Counted from the stretch's first letter, positions 16,439 through 27,356 are shown. The stretch is DNA of 48,606 nt from Desulfobacterales bacterium (GCA_050124655.1 JASFEV010000003.1:1-48606), one strand, 5' to 3'. Notes: generated by a model not told the origin, from the letters alone. Numbers and translations are program-made.

Positions 16439-17842
16439 ATGACGCATCGCGAGGTTGAAGGCCATCTGCCCGCCTTTTTTGCCAAGATGCAAGCCGAAGG
16501 TCTGCAGCCACTGGTGATCGATACATTTGCTTATTACTACCATCAGGTGCTGAGCGGTGAAACCGGTTTGGTTTATGATCGCGAGATTCAACCGGTTGAT
16601 ATTCAGGATATAAAAAATTTTGATCGGTTAGAAAAATACGCTGCTGCCGGCCAACGCGCTCTGCAACATTGCGTTAGAATTGTTTTAAATGGCGGGCTGG
16701 GAACGACCATGGGGTTGGTCGGGCCCAAATCACTGATAGAAGCCAAAAACGGAAAAAACTTTCTTGAGATTATCTTAAAACAGGTCGATCACAGTGGGAT
16801 TCAGCTGGCATTAATGAACAGCTTTAATACCCACGCTGCCACCCAAGCGGCCTTGTCCAAAATGAATCCTTCCCGGACACCGCTCCAGTTTATCCAGCAC
16901 AAGTTTCCAAAGATCCAGCGTAAAGATCTACGACCAGCGATATGGCCAGAAAATCCGGAATTGGAATGGAACCCACCGGGTCACGGGGATGTGTTTACCG
17001 CCCTTTATACATCCGGGATGCTTGCCGACCTACTAAAAAACGGGATTCGGTATGCTTTTATTCACAACCTGGATAATCTCGGCGCTCAGATGGAAGCTCG
17101 GCTGCTGGGCTATTTTGCAGAGCTTGGGTTCCCGTTTATGATGGAAGTGGCTGAAAAAACGCCGGCGGATATCAAAGGCGGGCATCTGGCCAGGCACCGA
17201 AGCGGGCGTCTGATTTTGCGCGAGGCCGCCCAATGCCCGCCGGATGAAATAAAGGCCTTTCAGGATATTACCCGCTATCGTTTTTTTAACACCAATAACA
17301 TCTGGATTAATTTGGAATCCTTAACCACATTGTTTGAAAAGGAACACACCCTGAATCTTCCGATGATTCTCAATCCTAAAACAATAGATCCCAGAAATGA
17401 GAACAGCCCTGCGGTATTTCAGGTCGAGACCGCCATGGGTGCCGCCATTTCGCTTTTCGAGGGTGCCGCTGCTGTAAGGGTACCCCGTTCCCGATTTTTC
17501 CCGGTCAAATCCTGTAATGATCTTATGGCGCTGCGCTCGGATTGTTACGTCTTGGAAGACGAATATCAGCTGCGCTTAAACCCAAAGCGCACGTCGGCCG
17601 GCAAAGGCGAAACACTTAAAATAAGACTGGACCCGCGTTTTTATGGAAAGATAGATCTGCTGGAGCAACGTTTTAAGGAGGGATTGCCCTCTTTAGTGGA
17701 ATGTGAATCCCTCGATATTGAAGGCGACGTCTTTTTTGAAAGTGAGGTCGTCATTCAGGGCCGGATATCGATTAAAAATACACAAAGCACCGCGGCCATC
17801 GTCAAAAAAGGAACCCTCATATCCAGCGACCTGGTATTCTAA
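16439..17842 (+). CDS. UTP--glucose-1-phosphate uridylyltransferase, eukaryote-like UDPGP family
   Basis: LNGGLGTTMG..GPKS, LMNSFNTH, WNPPGHGDV, NLDNLGA, DIKGG, FFNTNNIWI, ETAMGAAI, VPRSRF.PVK motifs; not GalU-type. Confidence 0.92.
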   Translation: MTHREVEGHLPAFFAKMQAEGLQPLVIDTFAYYYHQVLSGETGLVYDREIQPVDIQDIKNFDRLEKYAAAGQRALQHCVRIVLNGGLGTTMGLVGPKSLIEAKNGKNFLEIILKQVDHSGIQLALMNSFNTHAATQAALSKMNPSRTPLQFIQHKFPKIQRKDLRPAIWPENPELEWNPPGHGDVFTALYTSGMLADLLKNGIRYAFIHNLDNLGAQMEARLLGYFAELGFPFMMEVAEKTPADIKGGHLARHRSGRLILREAAQCPPDEIKAFQDITRYRFFNTNNIWINLESLTTLFEKEHTLNLPMILNPKTIDPRNENSPAVFQVETAMGAAISLFEGAAAVRVPRSRFFPVKSCNDLMALRSDCYVLEDEYQLRLNPKRTSAGKGETLKIRLDPRFYGKIDLLEQRFKEGLPSLVECESLDIEGDVFFESEVVIQGRISIKNTQSTAAIVKKGTLISSDLVF

Positions 17843-17860
17843 GCTCCTAACTTACTTTTT

Positions 17861-19294
17861 CTATTCTCTTTCACGAATCAAATATTGAATCGTAACCTTA
17901 TCTTTGGAACCGGACGCAATTTTCAAAGAGGCCGGGCTCAAAACGAGATTGGCTGATATTTCGCCTTCACCACTCAACTCATCAAGCAACACTTTTTCAG
18001 TATAAATGGTCACAATGTCTTCAAGGATGCGCTTGCTGCCAGAGACCTCGACTTGAGCCGGATTGATAACGGAATCCACCAAAATCAGATTGTCGGAGAG
18101 TTTACCCACCCAGTCAATCTGGACCGGTAGTTTCTTTTTGATGGTCTCATCGATTAAAACATCTATTTCAGATGGCGTCACTTCACGCAGCACGATACCG
18201 GGCGGCAGCGAAACGTTATCAGAGGTAAGCGTAAATGTATTGCGACCGACGGTGGTTTTACTCAAATCCAGCCGGACACCAACCTGGTCCGGCGTGATGG
18301 ATTTAACCAGAGCACCCGATCCGCTTAACACCAGACTGACCGATTTAACCGACGTATCGACAATTTCGGTGCCAGCCGCCCGATTGATATAATCGATTGG
18401 AATATCTAAAGAAACCAGCGTATCCTGCCCCCTGGAAACACTGAACCAGATGCCGGTGATAAATAAAATCGACAGCATTGCAGCTGCCGTGATTTCAAGA
18501 CCTTCTTTTCGAGCGGCCCTTTTTTCGACGGCGCCTGTGCCCACATGCTCCCGGATATTATTTTCCAGCGTCTGTTTCTGCTTGATTTCGCGTAGGCGGT
18601 TGCCCTTGGCAATGAGAACATCACCTCTTTCTTCTGACACCACGATAACCATCGCATCGGAAGCTTCGGCCAGTCCCAGCGCAGCACGGTGCCGGGTACC
18701 ATAGCGCGACGGCAAATCATCTCGTTCGGATAACGGCAAAATCGTTCCCACAAACGTTATCTGGTCTCCCTGTACAATGGCGGCACCATCGTGCACCGGA
18801 TTTTCGGGCCAGAAGATACTGGCAATCATTTCTTTGGTGATCAGACCTTTCCAGGGTGTACCGCCTTGCACCAGGCCGCTGAGATCCTCTTTGCCCGGAA
18901 AAACAATCAAAGCACCGCATCTGCGGGCAGCCATTTGAAACACAGTGTCAGCAATTATTTCCGTTGGTGTCGTGGTCGTTTTGTAAGACAGCCCCCAGAG
19001 GATGGACTTTAAATTTTTGGCCTGAAGAACCCGGCGAATTTCATTGCGGAACACCACGATAATAATAATGGCACCCACTGCCACGATGCCCTGGACCACC
19101 CAGCTGGTGACAATCAGCCCTAAAGAGACCGCAATTCTTTGCAGAAACCACAGAACCGTCATACCAACAAGGACCTGAAAAACATTGGTCCCTCTAAAGA
19201 GAACATAAAAACGGAAAAGAATGTAGCTGTTCACGCTGATATCAACAACATCCTGCCAGCGAATGGTGGATATGAATAAAAGAATTTTTTCCAT
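17861..19294 (-). CDS. cdaA: membrane diadenylate cyclase (CdaA/DisA_N) fused to C-terminal YbbR (CdaR-like) domains
   Basis: Three N-terminal TM helices, VFRNEIRR.L, PVHDGA and YGTRHRAALGL catalytic motifs, VVSEE.G; then a TM helix and YbbR-like beta repeats. Confidence 0.9.
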   Translation of the reverse strand: MEKILLFISTIRWQDVVDISVNSYILFRFYVLFRGTNVFQVLVGMTVLWFLQRIAVSLGLIVTSWVVQGIVAVGAIIIIVVFRNEIRRVLQAKNLKSILWGLSYKTTTTPTEIIADTVFQMAARRCGALIVFPGKEDLSGLVQGGTPWKGLITKEMIASIFWPENPVHDGAAIVQGDQITFVGTILPLSERDDLPSRYGTRHRAALGLAEASDAMVIVVSEERGDVLIAKGNRLREIKQKQTLENNIREHVGTGAVEKRAARKEGLEITAAAMLSILFITGIWFSVSRGQDTLVSLDIPIDYINRAAGTEIVDTSVKSVSLVLSGSGALVKSITPDQVGVRLDLSKTTVGRNTFTLTSDNVSLPPGIVLREVTPSEIDVLIDETIKKKLPVQIDWVGKLSDNLILVDSVINPAQVEVSGSKRILEDIVTIYTEKVLLDELSGEGEISANLVLSPASLKIASGSKDKVTIQYLIRERE

Positions 19295-19299
19295 TACGA

Positions 19300-19749
19300 T
19301 TATTCCGTGACACTGAATCTTAATACTTCCAAAACATTGCCGGATTCATCGGTGATTTCGACCCGCCAGGGACCGATATCGGATTTGTTCAGTTCAATGC
19401 TGCTATACGTTGACCACCTGGGCGGTTTGAGCGTTAATCGGATCTTGGCGCTGGGCACATCGCGATGATACCAGTTATGGTAGATAATCAATTTTTGCGG
19501 TACCGTGCTGAAGGACGTAAAAAAAACCGCTTTCTTGCGCTTGATAGAAAATACAGCCGTCGGGTTACGGGGGGCGTTGGCAAAAATGTCTTCACACATC
19601 AGCGCTTCAAACAACTCTAGCTTTGATGGTTCAGCACCAATAACCGTTTTGGCCGTCTGGAATGGCAGGAGAAAAAGAAGGTTAACACCAACACATACAA
19701 TCCAGATAAGCAGGTAACGACATCGCATTTTGGCCCGTCCTAATCTCAA
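19300..19749 (-). CDS. DUF2914-domain exported protein
   Basis: IYHNWYH, RWSTYSS, GPWRVEITDESGNVL...F.V pattern; N-terminal hydrophobic segment; start uncertain. Confidence 0.8.
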   Translation of the reverse strand: MRLGRAKMRCRYLLIWIVCVGVNLLFLLPFQTAKTVIGAEPSKLELFEALMCEDIFANAPRNPTAVFSIKRKKAVFFTSFSTVPQKLIIYHNWYHRDVPSAKIRLTLKPPRWSTYSSIELNKSDIGPWRVEITDESGNVLEVLRFSVTE

Positions 19750-20079
19750 TCTAACCTCATGGGTGTTACATGATTGGGTGTCTATGGATAAACATTCCGA
19801 ATGTCATTTAATCGGTTCTTTATAAATCTTTAAAAATTTCTTATGCTTATATTTTTATTTTTTCAAGAAGAAATTCGATTTCCACATTTAAAATGTCCGC
19901 GATAAAGGCATTTGAATCGGCTCAGCAGTGAACCGTATTGACCTCTTGACACCGTATCGCATACATTTTAACAGAGGAAGATGGATTTAATCTTTTTAAC
20001 AGTTGCAAGGACGATTTTCAAATAAGATCTGTCACCCATTCATACCAACATTGCGATGGCAAACGACCGGATTTAAAAA

Positions 20080-23000
20080 ATGACTGTTGACGACCAAATT
20101 GTGCAAGATCCTTCTCCGGGAACCCGCATGGTCCGCTTTTGCGGAGACATGCTGACCTTGACCCTTGAACTACCCGATACCCAAGCCGGCACCGCGTGGG
20201 TGCGCACCAACATCGGGAACGCCAGCATCATCCGGCATGAAATTATCCGTGAGGTGGAAGAGAAAAAAACGCCGCTCGGTAAAGCCTGGTTTGACCGTCC
20301 CATGCAGCGCATAGATGATCGGCGTTTTACGGTGAGCCTGCCGCTTTGTGAAGCCGGCCATTTTGAAGCCAAATGCTATTTTCTAAAAAAGGGTCAGGTT
20401 CACCCCACATGGCCGCCGGGAACCAACGCCGCTGTTAACGTGGAGGCGGCCGACGCCTGTTGCGCCAACATCATCTACAATGCCTTTGTGCGCCAATTCG
20501 GCCCCAACAAAGCCGGCAGACAGATGCTCAACCCCGCTGATGCCACGTGTGTTGAGAGCCTGGACAGCAACGGTTACACGGTGATTCCCCCTTCGGGGAC
20601 CTTTCGTGATCTGATTGGAAATCTTGATTTTATTATCGGCGAGCTCGGCTGCCGCTTGTTGATGTTGCTTCCTATCCACCCCACTCCGACAACCTATGCC
20701 CGTATGGGAAGATTCGGCAGTCCTTACGCCGCCTTGAGCTTTACTGAAGTGGATCCCGCCCTAGCGGAGTTCGATCCGCATGCCACACCGCTGGAGCAAT
20801 TCATCGAACTGGTGGATGCGGTTCACCAGCGTAATGCCAAAATCCTGATCGATATCGCCATCAATCACACCGGCTGGGCCGCGCGTCTGCATGAAACCCA
20901 TCCGGAATGGCTGGTCAGAAGCCCTGAAGGACGCATCGAGGTACCCGGCGCCTGGGGTGTTGCCTGGGAGGATCTGACAAAATTGGATTATTCCCATTCT
21001 GAGCTATGGCAGTACATGGCCGATGTTTTTCTTAAGTGGTGTCGGCGCGGGGTAGACGGTTTCCGTTGTGATGCCGGTTACATGATACCGCTGGCGGCCT
21101 GGCGCTACATCGTTGCCAAGGTGCGGGAACAATTTCCAGAAGCCATCTTTTTGCTGGAGGGTTTGGGCGGTAAAATTTCAGTGACCCGCCAACTGTTAAA
21201 CAGCGCCAACTTAAATTGGGCATATTCAGAGCTGTTTCAAAATTATGACCGCAGTCAGATCGAACATTATCTACCCGAAGCTATTGATATATCCAATACA
21301 GACGGTATAACGGTGCATTTTGCCGAAACCCATGACAATCCCCGACTGGCACAGACATCTGAATCTTACGCCCGCATGCGAACCGCCCTGTGCGCCCTGA
21401 GTTCTCACAACGGTGGGTTTGGTTTTGCCAACGGGGTGGAATGGCTGGCCACAGAGAAAATAAACGTCCACGATGCCGCTTCGTTAAACTGGGGCGCAAA
21501 AAGCAATCAGGTCGCTGAAATTCGACGCTTGAATCATCTGCTGAAAGATCATCCCGCGTTTCACGAAGACGTTGCTTTGAGCATGCATCAGCAAAAAGAC
21601 GGCAATTTTATCGTCTTACTGCGTCACCATCGAGACTCCGGAAAAAAACTATTAATCATCGTCAATCTGGACCCCGACAAGCAGACGAGGGCCGTATGGG
21701 ACCCCGACGCAACCGGATTGGTAGAACCCCCATTTTATGATCTGCTCAGCGGAGCGTCGGTGACACCCGCGACATCTGAAAAATTGGAAAAATTGTACAA
21801 CTTGCTGTTGGCGCCCGGCCAGGTTTTGTGTCTTTCAAGACAGATAGAAGATCTGCAGCAAGCCCAGCAGTACCCCGAGCGGCCCTTTTCACTGCCCGAA
21901 CGAATTGAACAGCAGCGTCTGTCTGCCAAAGCATTAGAAGTGGTGTCTTTTTACCGGGGTATCGCCCATTTCGATGCGTTTGATCGTCTCCAGGCGACAC
22001 AGCAGCTAAAAAAGGATCCGCTGGCATTTTGTCAACAGCAAGTACCCGCTGAAGCATCGCCCCGGGTCATCATCTGGCAGTGGCCGCAGGATTTGCATCG
22101 GGAAGTGATGATCCCGCCGGATCATTTCTTGCTGATCCGCGCCGATTGCGCTTTTCGGGTCCGCATGGACGCCGGTGAACAAACCCTGGCGTCGGAGGCC
22201 AGCCTGGCGTCAGGTGAAAAAGATCACTTTGTGCTCTTTTTACCTAAAGCAACTCCGCGAACGCTAAAATCGTGCACCCTGGTGCTGTCGGTCTATGAGC
22301 AGGCTGAGCCATCCGGTTGCCGCCATGAAGAAGCCCATGTGGTGTTGCTGCCCCGTGCTGAGGATATGCGCATCAAGCAAGCATTTAACCATTCCGAACT
22401 GCTCGCTGAAGATTTTACATTTCTGGGAACCAACGGCCGCGGGGCGATGCTGCATTGTCCGGTCGCCTGGAACAAGCTGGCCAGTCGCTATGACGGGTTG
22501 CTGGCCGCCAACCTGAATCCGCAGTATCCGACAGATCGCTGGATTATGTTCAGCCGCTGCCGGGCCTGGGTGGTTTTTCAGGGCTACTCTCAAGCCCTTA
22601 ATATGGACTGTCTGGAAAAATTCCGAACAGCGGCAGACGGCAGCGGCTGCTGGCAATATCATATCCCCACGGGTCAGGGTGAACATGTCTTGCTGACGGT
22701 CCGGATGACAATGGTGGCCGGCCAAAATGCAGTCACATTACGCTTTTTTAGGCATCCGGCCGAAGGCTTGCCCCAAAGACTGGCCGATTCGGAACCCGTG
22801 GAAATCATTTTACGACCCGACATTGAAAGCCGCAATTTTCACACGGCCACCAAGGCCTATCAAGGGCCTGAAAAACAATGGCCGAATGCGGTACACGCTT
22901 TTGCCGATGGCTTTGATTTTACCCCGGATGCCGACCATCAGCTCAGGATCCAAATGGATAAGGCCGCCTTTGTGCCGGAACCGGAATGGCTTTACATGAT

Positions 23001-24396
23001 CCACCGTCCGCAGGATGCCGGACGGGGCCATGACCCGGATTCAGATCTGTTCAGTCCCGGATACCTGTCCGTTTTTGTCGAAGGCCATCAGAGCGTCACC
23101 CTGCAGGCCACAGCCGGAACGGCAGAAGAAATGTCGCAAGCAGCCTTACCGGCGGCGGTTGCGACGACCGAGCCTGCCTTGGCAGAAGGGGAGACTCACA
23201 CCGCCGTCACTGAAAAGTTGAAAGCGGCCATGGATCACTATGTCGTCAGGCGCAGTGATCTAAAATCCGTCATCGCCGGTTATCCCTGGTTTCTGGATTG
23301 GGGGCGGGATGCTTTAATTTTTACGCGCGGGCTGGTGGCCGCCGGAAAACTAGCGGATGCCCGTGAGATTCTCATCCAGTTTGCGCGGCTTGAGAAAAAC
23401 GGAACCTTACCCAACATGATTCAGGCTGAAAATGACGCCAACCGCAATACATCCGACGCGCCCCTGTGGCTGCTGACTGCCTGCGCTGATTGGGTCCAGG
23501 CTCAGGATAAAGACGCCTTGCTCGAATCCGATTGCGGGGGGCGCACGCTGGGACAGATTCTGCTGTCCATCGGCCAATCCCTTAAAAGCGGTGCTCCCAA
23601 TGGCGTTCACATGGACTTAGAGTCGGGATTCATTTTCAGTCCGATCCATTTCAGCTGGATGGATACCAATCATCCTGCGGGCACCCCTCGCCAGGGCTAT
23701 CCCATTGAAATCCAGGCCCTGTGGTATGCTGCCCTGAACTTTCTGGCGCAGATCGATCCAGCTAAATCCGGTCAAAAGTGGCTGCAGTTGGCCGAGCAGG
23801 TTCAAGCGGCCATCCTAAAATATTTCTGGCAGCCGGACCTCGCCTATCTGGCAGATTGTCTGCATGCCGCTCCCGGCCAAGCAGCCCGAGAGGCTATCGC
23901 CGACGACGCCCTGCGCCCCAACCAGCTGCTGGCCATCACACTGGGCGCCATCACCGATCAGGCCAAATGCCGCGGCATCCTGTCCGCCTGCGAAACACTT
24001 CTGGTCCCGGGCGCCATTCGCAGCCTGGCTGATCGACCGGTTCGACATAAGATCAACATCTTTCACCAGGGCAAGCTGATCAACGACCCCCGCCATCCTT
24101 ACCAAGGAAAATATGAAGGAGACGAAGACACCCGGCGCAAACCGGCCTATCATAATGGCACGGCTTGGACCTGGCTGTTTCCCTCTTTTAGCGAAGCATG
24201 GGCGATGACCTACGGAGAAGAAAGCAAAGCAGACGCTTTGGGATGGCTATCCAGCGGGGCGCATCTTTTAGAGCACGGCTGCCTGGGGCATATCCCGGAA
24301 ATTTTAGACGGCGATTACCCTCATACGGCGCGTGGATGTGATGCCCAGGCCTGGGGGGCAAGTGAGTTGCTGAGGGTCTGGCAAAAGCTTAAATAA
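20080..24396 (+). CDS. glycogen debranching enzyme: GH13 alpha-amylase/glucanotransferase domain plus amylo-alpha-1,6-glucosidase (GDE_N/GDE_C)
   Basis: GH13 regions IDIAINHTG, GVDGFRCDAGY, FLLEGLG, FAETHDN; C-terminal IAGYPWFLDWGRDALI, YHNGTAWTWL, GHIPEILDG...GCDAQAWG. Confidence 0.9.
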   Translation: MTVDDQIVQDPSPGTRMVRFCGDMLTLTLELPDTQAGTAWVRTNIGNASIIRHEIIREVEEKKTPLGKAWFDRPMQRIDDRRFTVSLPLCEAGHFEAKCYFLKKGQVHPTWPPGTNAAVNVEAADACCANIIYNAFVRQFGPNKAGRQMLNPADATCVESLDSNGYTVIPPSGTFRDLIGNLDFIIGELGCRLLMLLPIHPTPTTYARMGRFGSPYAALSFTEVDPALAEFDPHATPLEQFIELVDAVHQRNAKILIDIAINHTGWAARLHETHPEWLVRSPEGRIEVPGAWGVAWEDLTKLDYSHSELWQYMADVFLKWCRRGVDGFRCDAGYMIPLAAWRYIVAKVREQFPEAIFLLEGLGGKISVTRQLLNSANLNWAYSELFQNYDRSQIEHYLPEAIDISNTDGITVHFAETHDNPRLAQTSESYARMRTALCALSSHNGGFGFANGVEWLATEKINVHDAASLNWGAKSNQVAEIRRLNHLLKDHPAFHEDVALSMHQQKDGNFIVLLRHHRDSGKKLLIIVNLDPDKQTRAVWDPDATGLVEPPFYDLLSGASVTPATSEKLEKLYNLLLAPGQVLCLSRQIEDLQQAQQYPERPFSLPERIEQQRLSAKALEVVSFYRGIAHFDAFDRLQATQQLKKDPLAFCQQQVPAEASPRVIIWQWPQDLHREVMIPPDHFLLIRADCAFRVRMDAGEQTLASEASLASGEKDHFVLFLPKATPRTLKSCTLVLSVYEQAEPSGCRHEEAHVVLLPRAEDMRIKQAFNHSELLAEDFTFLGTNGRGAMLHCPVAWNKLASRYDGLLAANLNPQYPTDRWIMFSRCRAWVVFQGYSQALNMDCLEKFRTAADGSGCWQYHIPTGQGEHVLLTVRMTMVAGQNAVTLRFFRHPAEGLPQRLADSEPVEIILRPDIESRNFHTATKAYQGPEKQWPNAVHAFADGFDFTPDADHQLRIQMDKAAFVPEPEWLYMIHRPQDAGRGHDPDSDLFSPGYLSVFVEGHQSVTLQATAGTAEEMSQAALPAAVATTEPALAEGETHTAVTEKLKAAMDHYVVRRSDLKSVIAGYPWFLDWGRDALIFTRGLVAAGKLADAREILIQFARLEKNGTLPNMIQAENDANRNTSDAPLWLLTACADWVQAQDKDALLESDCGGRTLGQILLSIGQSLKSGAPNGVHMDLESGFIFSPIHFSWMDTNHPAGTPRQGYPIEIQALWYAALNFLAQIDPAKSGQKWLQLAEQVQAAILKYFWQPDLAYLADCLHAAPGQAAREAIADDALRPNQLLAITLGAITDQAKCRGILSACETLLVPGAIRSLADRPVRHKINIFHQGKLINDPRHPYQGKYEGDEDTRRKPAYHNGTAWTWLFPSFSEAWAMTYGEESKADALGWLSSGAHLLEHGCLGHIPEILDGDYPHTARGCDAQAWGASELLRVWQKLK

Positions 24397-24404
24397 AAAA
24401 AGAC

Positions 24405-24520
24405 AAATCTCAAGCACCAAATTACGACTCGGCCTGAGCTCGTCGCAGGCCAGATAAATTCCAAATTTCAATTGTCCAATAATCCAAACTTTGTTATTTG
24501 ATATTTGATATTTGTAAATT
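24405..24520. repeat. AT-rich CAAAT/ATTTG short-period repeat element with nested GC hairpin
   Basis: aaatctcaagcaccaaattac[gactcggcctgagctcgtcgcaggcc]agataaattccaaatttcaa ... ttatttgatatttgatatttg. Confidence 0.6.
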
Positions 24521-24713
24521 ATGATGCCGGGAAATCATCTTAATTCATAAAATTAAACGAACTGATAATGAAAATAAGAATTTGTCATGAAGGATATATT
24601 GCTTTTTAGCGCTTTAGGCTTTATTCTTCTGTGATTCAACATCCAAGATTGTTTGCCAGAAGAGAATCATAACAGCGATTCCGGCTGTAAAACAACTTAA
24701 GGATTCTGATCAT

Positions 24714-27263
24714 ATGAAAAAATTTCAAACATTCCAGGTGGTTCCAAATATACCCAAACCGCTACTATTTATCGAAACCCTCTCCCGCAATATGTGGTGG
24801 TGCTGGAATAAAGATGCCATCGAGCTTTTCCGGCGCATGGATCCGCCGCTGTGGGGGGAGGCCGGCCGCAACCCGATTGTCTTCTTATCGAAGATTCCAC
24901 AAGGCCGTTTTGAAAAATTGGCCAGGGATAAAGGGTATCTGGCCCACTTAAAAGGCGTTCAGGAGCAGTTTCAAAGCCGGGTTTTGGATTCAGCCGAGAG
25001 CGTCATGCACGATTTTGGGCCGCAGGACACCAATGCGTATTTCTCCATGGAGTTTGGCATTCATGAAAGCCTGCCGTTATTTGCCGGTGGCCTGGGAATT
25101 TTGGCCGGCGATCATTTAAAGGCGGCATCGAATCTGGCCCTTCCGCTAACCGGTGTGGGGCTCATGTATCGCCGCGGCTATTTCCGCCAGTATCTCAATC
25201 CGGATGGATGGCAACAGGAAGCATATCCGGAAACCGACATCTACGATCTTCCGGTCAAGCGCGTGCGCGATGAAGCCGGTAACGAATTGCGCATCTCGGT
25301 TGTCGGCCCTGAAGGCCCGATCCAGGCAATTGTCTGGAAGATCATGATCGGGCGCATTTCCCTTTACCTGCTGGACACCAACATTCTTGAAAACCCGCTG
25401 CCGTATCGCGAAATCACGTCACGGTTATACGCCGGTGATCAGAAATCGCGACTGGCCCAGGAGGTGTTGCTGGGAATCGGCGGAATGCGTGCCCTGGCGA
25501 AAATGAATATCACGGTCAAGGTGCTGCACATGAACGAAGGGCATTCGGCTTTCGCCAGCCTGGAACGGCTGGCCCTCACCATGGCCAACCACGATGTTGA
25601 CCTCAAAACCGCCCTTGAGATCGTGCCTCGCACAACCGTCTTTACCACCCATACGCCGGTGGCTGCCGGGCATGATGAATTTCCCGCCGCCGACGTTCTG
25701 CCCTACCTAAAACCCATGGAGGAACCCTTAGGCACGACGGCCAAAGACATTTTATCCTGGGGACAGCCCGATGGCGCCCCTGCCGAAGCGCCCTTGTCGA
25801 TGTTCATCCTGGGGCTGCATCTGGCATCCCATTGCAACGGTGTCAGCCGGCTGCACGGCTCTGTGGCCCGGCGCATGTGGTCGCATGTCTGGCCGCAGCG
25901 ACCGATCGAAGAAGTCCCCATTTCCCATATCACCAATGGCGTTCATATATCCTCGTTTATTTCGCAGGAATTTGCCAACCTTTTTGGACGCTATCTCGGG
26001 CCGGATTGGTACATGAGTTCCCGTAAACCGGAAAATATCAAGCACATCGATGATATTTACGACGAAGAGCTGTGGCGCAGCCATGAAATGAACCGCTCGC
26101 GTCTGGTGCGCACCTGCCGCGAACAACTGGTCAAACAATATGCGCGCCGCAACGCACCGCGAACCGTGATTGAGGCGCTTGAATCCTTAATGGATCCGAA
26201 TGTACTGACCATCGCATTTGCGCGCCGCTTTGCAACCTATAAACGGGCTTATTTGCTCTTTCAGGACCCCCGGCGTCTGGAAGCCATCATCAACTCGAAA
26301 AAATACCCGGTTCAGTTTGTTTTTGCCGGCAAGGCGCATCCAAAAGACAACGAGGGCAAAGATCTTATTAAACGGCTTTTTGAGTTTGCCAGCAAACCGG
26401 AGCTGCGCGATCATATTGTTTTTCTGGAGGATTACGATATGCATCTGGCCCGCCATCTGTATCAGGGCGCGGATGTATGGTTAAATACCCCCAGACGGCC
26501 ACTTGAAGCCTGCGGGACATCGGGGATGAAAGCCGCCATTAACGGCGTGTTGAACGTCAGCATTCTCGATGGCTGGTGGTGTGAAGGATATACCGAGGAA
26601 AGGGGATGGCGCATCGGCAACGGTGAGGAATACGAGGATCGCGACTACCAGGATGCCGTTGAAAGCCAGGCGCTCTATAATGTTCTGGAAAATGAAGTGA
26701 TCCCCTGCTTTTATGATCGCAAAAACGGCGATGTCCCCGGCAACTGGTTAAAAATGATGAAGGCCTCGATGAAGATGGCAATGGAAATGTTTTGCAGCAT
26801 TCGCATGGTGGCCGATTATGAAAAGCGTTTTTACACCCCGGCCGCCCAATATTATGACGCCTTGCTTGCCAACCAGGCCCAGGAAGCCAAAAACCTGACG
26901 GCTCAAATCAGCCGACTGCGATCGCTCTGGAAACATATCAAAATCAATCCGCCGGTCAGACATGCCCATGGTCCCTGTCGGGTGGGTGAAAAATTCGAGA
27001 TCACCTCAGAAGTCAACCTGGCAGAGCTGCAACCCGATGAAGTCGACGTCGAGCTATACTACGGCCACATGAAATCTTTGGAAGACCTGGATGCCAGTCA
27101 ATCCGAACCCATGCGCGTATTGGAAGACCACGGCAACGGGCAATACCTCTACGGCTGTGAATTGGATTGCCAGAGCTCGGGACGATTCGGCTTCACCGTC
27201 CGGGTCGCACCGCGGGGTGATCTGCGCGTAAAATCAACGCCTGGATTACTAACATGGGCGTAG
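24714..27263 (+). CDS. glgP: alpha-glucan (glycogen) phosphorylase
   Basis: YFSMEFG, GGLGILAGDHLK, HMNEGH, FTTHTPVAAGHD, ARRFATYKRA, EACGTSGMKA (PLP Lys), LDGWW. Confidence 0.97.
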   Translation: MKKFQTFQVVPNIPKPLLFIETLSRNMWWCWNKDAIELFRRMDPPLWGEAGRNPIVFLSKIPQGRFEKLARDKGYLAHLKGVQEQFQSRVLDSAESVMHDFGPQDTNAYFSMEFGIHESLPLFAGGLGILAGDHLKAASNLALPLTGVGLMYRRGYFRQYLNPDGWQQEAYPETDIYDLPVKRVRDEAGNELRISVVGPEGPIQAIVWKIMIGRISLYLLDTNILENPLPYREITSRLYAGDQKSRLAQEVLLGIGGMRALAKMNITVKVLHMNEGHSAFASLERLALTMANHDVDLKTALEIVPRTTVFTTHTPVAAGHDEFPAADVLPYLKPMEEPLGTTAKDILSWGQPDGAPAEAPLSMFILGLHLASHCNGVSRLHGSVARRMWSHVWPQRPIEEVPISHITNGVHISSFISQEFANLFGRYLGPDWYMSSRKPENIKHIDDIYDEELWRSHEMNRSRLVRTCREQLVKQYARRNAPRTVIEALESLMDPNVLTIAFARRFATYKRAYLLFQDPRRLEAIINSKKYPVQFVFAGKAHPKDNEGKDLIKRLFEFASKPELRDHIVFLEDYDMHLARHLYQGADVWLNTPRRPLEACGTSGMKAAINGVLNVSILDGWWCEGYTEERGWRIGNGEEYEDRDYQDAVESQALYNVLENEVIPCFYDRKNGDVPGNWLKMMKASMKMAMEMFCSIRMVADYEKRFYTPAAQYYDALLANQAQEAKNLTAQISRLRSLWKHIKINPPVRHAHGPCRVGEKFEITSEVNLAELQPDEVDVELYYGHMKSLEDLDASQSEPMRVLEDHGNGQYLYGCELDCQSSGRFGFTVRVAPRGDLRVKSTPGLLTWA

Positions 27264-27271
27264 CCCATGTT

Positions 27272-27356
27272 GTTATTCGTTATTGGTTATTCGTTATCAG
27301 TAGAATGAATTTTGTAGCGGCTCGTTTCCAATAACCAATAACAGATAACCAATAAC
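27272..27356. repeat. heptamer (GTTATTG / CAATAAC) tandem-repeat hairpin
   Basis: gttattc gttattg gttattc gttatca ... caataac caataac agataac caataac directly after the glgP stop. Confidence 0.85.
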
